From contig OX597815.1 in NCBI GenBank assembly GCA_951406725.2, forward strand, positions 46,314,001-46,378,000: 64,000 bases of DNA, read 5' to 3'. Under the pieces are notes generated by a model. It saw only the letters and a program-made list of their open reading frames with translations, did not search any database and was not told where the DNA came from. This DNA comes from Octopus vulgaris (taxonomy: Eukaryota). Positions within the stretch are counted from its first letter, which is position 1, and every line of letters starts with the position of its first letter. Position numbers and translations under genes: made by a program. Positions 52,444 through 64,000 of this stretch are shown in pieces.

Positions 52444-52813
52444 TCATTGTTCAGTTTTATTTCTAGATTTCTTCCCAATAGAGAAAGAGCCGGTATCTAA
52501 CATAGATTCAAGGCTCCTTCATTGGAATTTCAACATCAATAACAGAGTATTTTTGTTTGTTTGTAGGTATGTGTGTAAATGTGCAGTTTTGTAATGTTTT
52601 GCTTTATGTATGTATTCTCATGCATAGAGTTACATATCTAGACATGCTCATATATACTTAAATCATAAACCTTCGGAAAGTTTTACAGATTTTTACAGTT
52701 CCAGCGGTAGATTGGATCTGTAGCCTTCAAATTTGCTTTCTTTTTCCTGATTTTGAGACGCCTAATTTCTCAAGGTTGATATTGAGGCAGTGTGTTACAT
52801 ATTCCAGGGTCCC
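52444..52813 (-). mobile_element. 3' end of an RLE-type LINE (R4/Dong-like) in (TATG)n
   Basis: Translates to GTLEYVTHCLNINLEKLG...*RLQIQSTAGTVKICKTF followed by a 3' UTR; UTR homologues at ~38062-38165 and ~58072-58133, also abutting (TACA)n. Confidence 0.6.
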
Positions 52814-52845
52814 TATGTATGTATGTATGTATGTATGTATGTATG

Positions 52846-52876
<31 letters not shown>

Positions 52877-52946
52877 GTATGTAAGTATTTGTATGTATGT
52901 ATATATATGCATATATGTTTATATATATATATGTGTGTATATGCAT

Positions 52947-53019
<73 letters not shown>

Positions 53020-53022
<3 letters not shown>

Positions 53023-53586
53023 GGTGTGGTGAGTGAATTATCATTTAAATTATGCAAAAATGAAAATAATACCGACATCTCATTTTAACAGATATATTTA
53101 CCAAAATTACATAAAAACATCTTGAAATACTAAAAAGTAAATTTATTCAATAAAATCGCCATTGGCTTCAACCACAGCCTCCAGACGTCTTCGTAACTTC
53201 CTGCAACTCTTCTGTACAATCTCCTTGTTTAAGTTGGTAAATGGAGGCATAACGTCGCCATCACTAGTGATCACTCCAAACACCATGATGTTGACAGGAT
53301 ATTTGATTTTTATCACTCTTGGTACATGTCCTCAGATTGCACTGCCCTCAGATTGACACCCAAACACGCTGAAATGTTCGTATTGGATCTTCCAGCGTGA
53401 ATACCAAGCAGTACAGCATATAATTTCCAGATCACTGGCAGAGTTAATTGCACCATGGTGCTGTTTTCTCACAGACGGTGTCAAACTGACCCTACTATAC
53501 TATGTAGTCGACAAACCCAAAAACACACAATGCATATGCAAAAAATTGAAAATATAAAATGGCGACAATTTACCCATCGCATTCTG
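53020..53586 (-). mobile_element. Tc1/mariner-superfamily deletion derivative
   Basis: TA|CAGGGTG left end, degenerate right TIR; minus-strand peptides KIKYPVNIMVFG and ESCRKLRRRLEAVVEANG (transposase C-terminus). Confidence 0.6.
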
Positions 53587-54031
53587 CATATCTGTAAACA
53601 TTGTATATGTAAACTTTCTCTCTCTCTCTCACACACACACTCAAACACACGCGCGCATGTATATTGGTATACATATATACATATACATTCACTAACGTAA
53701 ATCTGATTGCACATAATAAGCACACAGACACGTCTGTGTGTTGTTAAATTATATCATATAGACCAATGGATTAGGTATATTCTATATATAATGATGGGCA
53801 GCCCTTTCCTAACGTTCAACTGTACTGTATATTCTTCATGATGTTATATATCTTTTGAATTTTACGGGGAATTTATTCATCTTAGTAGCAAATTCGTGGA
53901 AAACTGTTGTACTCCATTTCTATATATCTTATGTTATATACATCGTTGCAGTATCTAGCTGTCTGTCTATCTATCTAAAACACCCATTCTCTTTCTTCTG
54001 TCTTTGTGTGTGTCTCTCCCTCCCTTCTCTG

Positions 54032-54063
<32 letters not shown>

Positions 54064-54091
54064 CAGAGAAGGGAGGGAGAGACACACACAA

Positions 54092-54133
<42 letters not shown>

Positions 54134-54139
54134 CCTAAG

Positions 54140-54472
54140 TGAAGGCGCATGGCTCAGTGGTTAGAGCGTCGAACTTACGATCGTGAGGTTGTGAGCTCGA
54201 ATCCCGGACCGGGCTGCGTGTTGTGTTCTTGAGCAAGGCACTTTATTTCACGTTGCTCCAGTTCACTCAGCTGTAGAAATGAGTTGCGACGTCACTGGTG
54301 CCAAGCTGTATCGACCTTTGTCTTTCCTTTGGATAACACAGGTGGCGTGGAGAGGGGAGGCTGGTATGCATGGGCGACTGCTGGTCTTCCATAAACAACC
54401 TTGCCCAGACTTGTGTCTAGGGGGGTAACTTTCTAGGTGCAATCCCATGGTCATTCATGACCGAAGGGGGTC
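54140..54472 (+). mobile_element. tRNA-derived SINE (family D tail), full-length
   Basis: Head GGCTCAGTGGTTAGAGCGTCGAACTTACGATCGTGAGGTTGTGAGCTCGAATCCC; ATATATTACCT repeated on both flanks. Confidence 0.85.
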
Positions 54473-55296
54473 ACAAATATATTACCTTGGTTGAGCTATA
54501 ACTTGGTTGGTAGCTTGAGTTTCATTTCAAGATGAATCATGATTTATAAAATGTATGTATGTATGTATGTGTCTGTATGTCTGTGTGTATGTATGTATGT
54601 ATGTATGTATGTATGTATGTATGTATGTATGTATGTATGTATGTATGTATGTATGTATGTTTCCGTGTGTTTGTGTGTGTATGTATTTGTGTCTGTCATG
54701 TATGCATACACATACAGGTATATATAAGCATTACATCATATATATATAGGGATACTTATATAAGCATACAAATATATATATATATATATATATGGGTAAA
54801 AACGGTAAGATAACAAAAGAAAGAAACAGACTCAATATTATGTAAAGAGATGGTGTTGTGGATTTCTACTTCGGCATCTGAAACTCCGAGTTTTATCGTG
54901 ACTATTGAATAATGGTAACATATTAATTTAGATATATATATATATCACATATATATAAATATAAATTAGAAATGGGAAGCAAAATGATAAATTGAACATA
55001 TATATGTTATCTAGCCTTTATTTATAAATTATGTATTAAGAAATTATGTTAAATTATTTTATAACCTCTTATTTTGAATTAATTAATATATAAAACTTAT
55101 TTTACAGATAGATACATGTATATATTTATAAATATAGAATTATGTATGTTTGTGTGATATACATCAATATATATTTATGGATAAGTGTATATATACATAC
55201 GTATATATATATATGTATATATATATATAATTTTTTATTAAAAATGTATGTATGCATTGGGTCATGTTTGTGAGGGTATGTATATGTATATATAAA

Positions 55297-55353
<57 letters not shown>

Positions 55354-55783
55354 ATGTATATGTACACGTGTAGATGTATGTGCACGTTTGAGTGTGGGTG
55401 TATATGTATGGATATGTATATGTATGTGAGTGAATGTATTATAACATGAAGATATAGCGTGTTTATCTTGTTTAATTTGCTTCTTAAGCTCGTTGTTCGT
55501 AATTTGGGACACTTCGTTTGTATTTGTATTATTTTGGTTTTGTTTCATTTATTTAGATTGGTTTTTCGTTGTCCGTATCGAGTTGGTTTCGTTTTTCGTC
55601 GTGTTTCTAAAAATGGAAAAATAATTATCTTCCCCGTATTTACCTTAAACTAAAACATGAATAAATTGTAAATTTGATTTATATTATAAATTCCTTTATT
55701 TAGATTTGAATTGATATATAAACTAGTGTTTTACCATAAATGTATATACATGTGTGTATGGAGTTGTATATGTATACATGTTG

Positions 55784-55863
<80 letters not shown>

Positions 55864-56914
55864 AAATGGATAAATGAATTATCTTGTTACGGATTATTCA
55901 AAAGATAACCGATACCTGGGTAGCAAAAATCACAACAGAAAAATCACGGTTGAGGTTACGACCATGGGGTCTCAAACCCGTGCCTTAGTGCGGAAATTTG
56001 AAGTTTATATATTTAGTGTAGGAAGAAATGGAGCTGAACGAAGATTTAACAAAATTCCTTTTTATTATTTTCTACATATGTTTCCAAGGCTGCAAAGTCC
56101 CTAATTCGGATTGAATAAGGAGACCATTTTGCAGCCTTCTCTTCAGGAAAATCCAGGAACTTAATTCTCCAACAAAATGCACATCAAACTTTTCGACAAA
56201 CGCTCGCGAGGAGCCCATGGGATAAATGGCACAATATATATATATATGAGTAAATAAACTTGTGTATGTGAATATGCATGTATGCATATGTACTTGTATG
56301 TGTATGCATATATACAAAAATGGATAGGTGTATATGCGTAAATATATATATAAATATGTCTATATGAATGTGTGTATTATGTAGCAAAATCGGTTATAGA
56401 ACAAGATACTAATAGATTTAAATTTACGAACTGTCAATTAGATTATTTATTTATGATTAAGCTCGCTCTTAAAAAGCGTTTTTTTTTTTTTTCGAAAGAG
56501 CGTTAGCAGTCATAAAAGTGTTCAGCTGCTATTTTTCGTAATATATTTAAGAAGAAATGTTTGTCTGATGAAACCTCATTTAATTTAAAACGATATTTTC
56601 TTATTCTTGAAAAACTTGTTTTTATTAATAGTGTAGAAACAGTAATTTACTGCATGTGTCATTTGTTTGTATAAAATAATAAAATTGAATTGAATTTATC
56701 ATTTAATGATTAAATTATTTAATTATTCAATTTATTATTTTGATTTCCATTTCTAATTTATATTGATAAATTGTTTGTTTATTTTATTTATATATTTACC
56801 TATATGTGATGAGCGATAGTTCACAACATTATCATTTATATAGGTAAAAGAAAACCATTATTTTTTTTTGATATTAATAACCCTTAGGTGGTTATTTAAT
56901 ACCTAACTAAAGTT

Positions 56915-56970
<56 letters not shown>

Positions 56971-57213
56971 TCTCGGGATTATCTCTTTCCTCCATTACCT
57001 CCTCTCTGGACGTTTCCTCCTTCCGATGGAGAGCCATGCTAAAAACGGCATTTCTACACATATTTACCTAGCTACAACTTTCAATGAGTGTCAATCTAAT
57101 ATATTCACCATGTACGTCCAATTGACTTTGACTTGCATTGCTTTTTCCTGATTTTCTTTTTGATTTGCCAGCATGGCCGCAGTCTTCGGGCTAAAACATT
57201 TTTAAGGATTTAA

Positions 57214-57253
<40 letters not shown>

Positions 57254-57514
57254 CAAAATTTGTACTAATATTGTAGTATTTGGTTGAAGTTCACGATGAG
57301 ATTCGAATGGAAAAGAAAGTACGCTGGGAACTCATGAGTTTAAGGAAAAGCTCTTCAGAAACTTTATGTCACAAATTCAATATGGCAGTACGACAGCGTG
57401 TATGACACTGTGAATTGCAGTGAATATTTAAACTCCTCTATTTTTACAATGCTACATATAGGGCCCTCATATAGGCTGTTTAGTATAGACAGTAAAACGC
57501 AGGTGCTATCTCGG

Positions 57515-58040
57515 GTGCATGGTTAAGAGGTTCGCTTTGCAACCATGTGATTTCGGGTTCATTCTCATGGCGCAGCTCCTTCAGCAAGTGTCTTCTACAA
57601 TAACTCCGGGTTTACCAATGCCTTGTAAGTGAATTTAGTTGACGGAATCTGTGTGGAAGCACATCTTTACATACATATATGTGTTCGTGTGTGCGTGCGT
57701 ATGTATGTGCGTGTGTGTATGCGTGCGTATGTGTGTTTGTGTGTGTGTGCGTGTGTATGTGTGTGTTTTTGTGTGAGTGTGTGTGTGTGCGTGTGTGTGT
57801 GTGTATGTGTGTGTGTGTGTGTGTGTGTATGTGTGTGTGTTTGTTTTCATCTTTGTCTTCAGCTTACAATTATTGTTGGCTTGCCTACATCTCTGTAACT
57901 TAACGGTTCGGCAAGAGATGATAGGATATGTACTAAATTTTCTTTTTGATAAATAGTACTGAGTCGATTTATTCAGTTAAACCCTATAAGATGTTGCCCC
58001 TGCAAGACCACTCTCCAAAGACTGAAACAAGTAAAAAAAA
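57515..58040 (+). mobile_element. SINE family B, diverged
   Basis: Head, (TG)n and tail still recognisable. Confidence 0.65.
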
Positions 58041-58754
58041 TCGTGTATAAGCTACTTCGTACGTGCATACATTGGATCTAGGTTAGAAACCGGCACTTTC
58101 TGTATTGGAATGAAATCTTGAAATAAAACTAACATACATACATACATACATACATACATACATAAATAAATGCATGCATATATACATACATACATAAATA
58201 CATGCATACATACATACATACATAAATACATGCATACATACATACATACATAAATACATACATACATATATACATACACACATACACACTATGTATATAT
58301 GTTGTGAATGTATTAGGTGCTTTAAATAGAAACAAAGGTTCTATAATATTTAAGAAGTAAAAGTGCGAGGCAGACATCTCACCTATTTTAGAAAAGGATT
58401 TAGCACAGTCAGCGAAATGTTAAAAAAAAATAAACAGTAGAGCGGACATGGTTGGATAAGAACAGCATTTCTTCAATATTTACTCTATGCCTCTTCTAGG
58501 AAATATGATCTAGCAATATATAGTCCACATATAACTCAACCTATTTTCTCCATAAGGCCACATATTACAAGGGAGATAATTATGCAATTGATTTGGAGGC
58601 TTATTTTTCCTTCGCGTGCTTCATAATGTTGAGATGATAATCGGTTCGTAATGGTTGTCCTTCTTTGGTATTTTCAAGAGTTTCACGTATAAGTAAGCGA
58701 TGTAAATAGTAATTTAGCATTAGTTTCTTTATGTTTTATTGTATGTTTTATCCT

Positions 58755-59600
58755 TTATGATTTACTTGTTTCAGTCGTGAGACTGCGGCCATACTGTGGC
58801 ACCACATCGAAGAATTTTAATCGAATGAATCGACCCCTAACACTTATTTTTTTTCAAGCCTGGTACTTCTACTATCGATCTCTTGGCCGAACCGCTAAGT
58901 TACGTGGGCGTAAACACACTAACACCAGTTTTCAAGCAGTGGTGAGGGACAAACACAGACACAAAGGCAGACACACATACACACACACACATACATACAT
59001 ACATACACACACACTCACACACACACGCAAACACATCATAACGATAGGAGCACTTCTGTCGGTTACGACGATGAGGGTCTCAGTTGATATGATCAACGGA
59101 ACAGCTTGCTCGTGAAATTAACGTTCAAGTGGCTGAACACTCCACAGACACGTGTACCCTTAACGTAGTTCTCAGGGAGATTCAGCGTGACACAGAGTGT
59201 GACAAGGCTGGTCCTTTGAAATACAGGTATTACTCATTTTTGCCAGCTGAGTAAACTGGAGCAACATGAAATAAAGCAATCTGCTCAAGGACACAACGCG
59301 TCACCAGGAATTGAACTCACGACCTTACAATCATGAGCCGAATGCCCTAACCACTAAGCCATGTGCCTTCACACACCTACATGCATACATGCATGCATGC
59401 ATGCATGCATACATGCATACATACATACATACATACATACATACATACATACATACATACATACATGCATACATATACGTCGGGTTTCTTTTAGTTTCCG
59501 TCTATCAAATCCACTCACAAGACTTTGGTCGGCGAAAGGCTATAGTAGAAGACATTTGGACTGAACCCAGAACCATGTGGTTGGGAAGCAAGTTTCTTCC
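58755..59600 (-). mobile_element. SINE family B with a family C SINE (~59045-59370) nested in its microsatellite
   Basis: Family B tail 58755-58970 and head 59480-59600 flank a complete family C copy. Confidence 0.75.
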
Positions 59601-60551
59601 CACGCAGTTTAAGGAAAATCTCTTAACGTGGTATTTTTTTTTTCGCGAATCTGAAAGCTAGCCTTCTCTAGTGAGCCAGAATCTCTTTCTCGATCTTATA
59701 TCTTTAACGTGTTTGAGTCATTGAACTGCGGCCATGCTGGGGCAGCACCTGGAAGGGTTTTTGTCAAAGAAATCTACCCCATTATTTGAGTTTCTTTTAG
59801 TTTTAAGTCTGGCACTTATTCTATTGGAAATTAATGGCGAAGATTCTGAGGCATAAATAAGCAAAAAAGACTGGTTGTTAAGCTGTAGTGACAAATAGTG
59901 ACATATACACAAACGCCCCCACACTCACATACGATGGGCTTCCACACAATTTTTGTTAACGAAATTCACTCGCAAAGCATAGGTCGGCCTGCAAGAGAAT
60001 CTCTGATCTCCGTGCCACGCACTCTGTCGAGAAATCTTTCAGGGAGACTTCATTTCAGCATGTGATTTAGGAGAGAAATGGCTGCTAATTTCAACGTCGT
60101 GACAACAGTACAGGTTCCTTCGTCGGCCTGCGTGTTTTGTTGAGGATTTTTCATATGACTGTCATAAAGTTAGTCATTATATTTGTCAACTCTTGATTTC
60201 CTAGTTTAATCCAAGGTCAAATATAATGGGTTGCTGAAATCAACTCTGGCAATGATTGGAATTTTCCTTTGGTGGAAGATACACGAAGAAAACGTCGAGG
60301 ATGGAAAAACTTGTGATGTGCTGTAGCATTAATATGAACGTGATATACTCCCTGGATTTTTGTGTTCTTTATAAAAATCAAAACGAAATACCAAAAGTAA
60401 CAAAACAACAAACATAAAAGCAAAAAACAAAAAGGACAGCATAGAAAAAGAACGGTTCTAGGCTTCTTGTATTTAGGGAGTAATGAAATAAGTACATTCA
60501 TATAAGTGTATATATGTGTCTATGTGTGAGAGAGACCTAGAGGGAAGTAGA

Positions 60552-60600
<49 letters not shown>

Positions 60601-60730
60601 AGATAAAGAGAGTGTATGTGCTTGTGTGTATTTGTACGTGTTTCTGTGTGTGTGTGTGTGTGTATGTGTGTGTGTGATAACAAGAATATGTCTGTATATG
60701 CATGTATTTGAGAATAACAATGCAAGCATA

Positions 60731-60767
<37 letters not shown>

Positions 60768-61201
60768 TACGCAAAGGGATGCAAAATACACACATATATG
60801 TTGATATGTATATATATGTAGATGTATATATATATGTGTGTGTTTACATACATAAATGTATATAGATACTTGTAAGTGCATATTTTCATACGGACGTACA
60901 TATACATATATACATACATAAATACATACACACACACGCATACACACACATATGTACATACATATGTACATACATGTACATATATGTACATACATGTACG
61001 TGTGTGTTTATGTGAATACATGTACATATACATACAAACATAAATGCGTTGTCTATCTATCTATCTATCGATTTATCTATCTATCAGTGTGTCTGTCTTG
61101 CTGATTGTCTGTCTGTCTGTCTATCTACCTATCTATCTCTATACGTACATACATATATGTATATTTATGTATATATATATATATATATACGTATATCTTT
61201 G

Positions 61202-61235
<34 letters not shown>

Positions 61236-61264
61236 GGTGTGTGTATGTGTGTGTGTTTCTATAT

Positions 61265-61295
<31 letters not shown>

Positions 61296-61477
61296 AAGAG
61301 AGAGAGAGAGAGAAACATATATATGTGTGTGTATGAATACAATTATATTTATATATGCATGTATGTATATGCACACGCACACACTGTATACAACTGAAGT
61401 GTCAGATTTCGTTCTACATTAGTGAAGTTCATGTGTGAAAAGGAATAATAATATCTGCTTATCGTGGATGTGTGTGT

Positions 61478-61528
<51 letters not shown>

Positions 61529-61684
61529 CGTGCGTGCGCGTTTGCATTTACATATGTGTAGGTATTTATTTACGGGTGTACATATGTGCAGGCATGTATC
61601 AGAAGAGAGCTAGATGTCACGTATTCAAACCATCTGTTCATTACTTACAGCTCGGTTTGCTCAACAAGCCAATGATATATATAT

Positions 61685-61770
<86 letters not shown>

Positions 61771-61818
61771 GTGTATATACATGCATATATACATTTACTT
61801 GTATGCATATGCATGTGC

Positions 61819-61863
<45 letters not shown>

Positions 61864-62009
61864 TGTGTGTGTGTATGTGTGTATGAGATATCTACGAGAT
61901 ATATAGATATAAATAATTAAGTGTCAAATGTAAATAGTGAAGTATACGATAAATTTGCAAACACCAATAAGATTAACAGTCTCAACAATAACAGGCATGA
62001 ACATAGCAA

Positions 62010-62024
62010 ATGATGATGATGATG

Positions 62025-62080
<56 letters not shown>

Positions 62081-62099
62081 GATAACAATAATAATAATG

Positions 62100-62132
<33 letters not shown>

Positions 62133-62151
62133 TAATAATAATAATATAATA

Positions 62152-62211
<60 letters not shown>

Positions 62212-62270
62212 GAAGAAGAATATCAACAACAACAATAACAACAATAACAACTGCAATGACAACAACAACA
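62010..62270. repeat. (GAT)n/(AAT)n/(AAC)n trinucleotide microsatellite
   Basis: Directly visible. Confidence 0.95.
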
Positions 62271-62345
62271 ATATGAACAAACGCGTGAGTAACTGTTGAA
62301 AAAATGTTGAAATGGAATAGCTTATATGTGTGTGTATGAATATAT

Positions 62346-62408
<63 letters not shown>

Positions 62409-62423
62409 TATATATGTATATGT

Positions 62424-62507
<84 letters not shown>

Positions 62508-62638
62508 GTATGTATACATATATATATATTTATATATCTGTGTGTATGTGTGTGTGTATTGTATGATTACTTAAATGAATGTTTGTTACAAAAATGAAGG
62601 AATCGAGTTCACATGAAAGATCGTGTGAAAGAGATAAA

Positions 62639-62691
<53 letters not shown>

Positions 62692-62905
62692 GAAAGAGAG
62701 TGAGTGAAAAACTAAGAGAGAGATTGTGTGTGCGTGTGCGTTTTTCTGTTTGTGTGTGTATGTAGGGTGTGTGCGTGAGTGTGTGCTTGTGTGTGTGTCG
62801 TGTCTGTGTGTTCCTGGCATAGTAAGTGATTATTGTTGGGAGATTTTAAGTGATATCAGTAAAAAAGAATTTAAACCGGACAGCTACAGTGCCAGGCAAA
62901 TACAT

Positions 62906-62999
<94 letters not shown>

Positions 63000-63065
63000 T
63001 GTGGTGCCCCAGCATGGCCGCGGCCTTCGGGCTAAAACATTTTTAAGGATTTAAGGATTTATATA

Positions 63066-63200
<135 letters not shown>

Positions 63201-64000
63201 ATGTATGTATATATATATATATATATATGTATGTATATATACATACATATAAATTTATATATACCTGTGTGTATGTGTGTGTATATATAAGTATACATAC
63301 AAATATACATAAATATATATATAATCCATGATGTATATGTATGAATCATATATATATAAGTATAAATTATATGTGCGTGTATATTTGTATATGTAAGTTG
63401 ATCTGCTTAGATACACATACACTTATAAACACATACACATGCTCATACATGTATTCTTATACACACATTTACATAACACACACATGTATCTGGTGTCAGC
63501 AATCGCGATGGATATGATAAATAGTTGTATGTATAAAATGTGTTTGAACTCACACATGTGCACTTGGTAAGCATACCAGTAGCCTTATGTTTATACAGAC
63601 CGCGGTGTTAAACCACTGGTCCCTGTCTATCTATAAGCCAAATCCGAGAAGAATTTGTAACAGGATGAGAGGTCCCCGCATTGGATGGGTGCAGCTCGCA
63701 TCCTTTACATTAAATATTAATCGAAGAAAGAGTCAAGAATTCCGATCAACTTCAACAGTATAGATATTTATTTCTCGATTCGCAATATATACATTCTTCT
63801 TTCTAGGTGAATCGGCAGCCTAGGAGCTTTTCGCAGTAGTCAAGTGGAGTGAGCCAAATCCTGTCCGTTCAAGCATAGCGGAGATACGCCATGAGGTAGC
63901 AGCTTGAGAGAGCTGATAAAAACACGACTGTTTTGTCCAGCTGCTGGCGTTCAAAAGAGCGATACGAGGGAATTTCGCTGCTGCTAGTTTTCTGCGCATG

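Overview
Repeat-dominated, AT-rich animal genomic DNA. The SINE families and very dense (TA)n/(CA)n/(TACA)n/(TAA)n microsatellites suggest an octopus (Octopus sp.), which is an inference. The only intact protein-coding gene is a solitary, intronless histone H4 (4075-4386, +). It has four substitutions relative to canonical metazoan H4 and no histone 3' stem-loop. Almost all other ORFs in the track are microsatellite artefacts or decayed transposons: several tRNA-derived SINE families, two mariners, Tc1-like and MULE remnants, a non-autonomous Helitron, and RTE, R4/Dong-like and Penelope-like retroelement fragments. The main discovery is a near-identical ~492-bp tandem array (about 5.5 units, 23507-26233) plus an inverted ~450-bp copy (26232-26683), all inserted in the internal (TA)n of a SINE. 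Each complete unit carries an intact type I hammerhead ribozyme: stem I ATTTCTTA/TAAGAAAT, core CTGAAGA, stem II ATCTG/CAGAT, GAAA, stem III, and a GUA cleavage site. This is the architecture of a non-LTR retrozyme (circular-RNA retroelement), and the integration geometry looks like twin priming. An unrelated canonical hammerhead lies at ~17.2 kb, and several degenerate hammerhead relics and fold-back inserts sit in other microsatellites. All structures were found by eye; no folding or database search was run.
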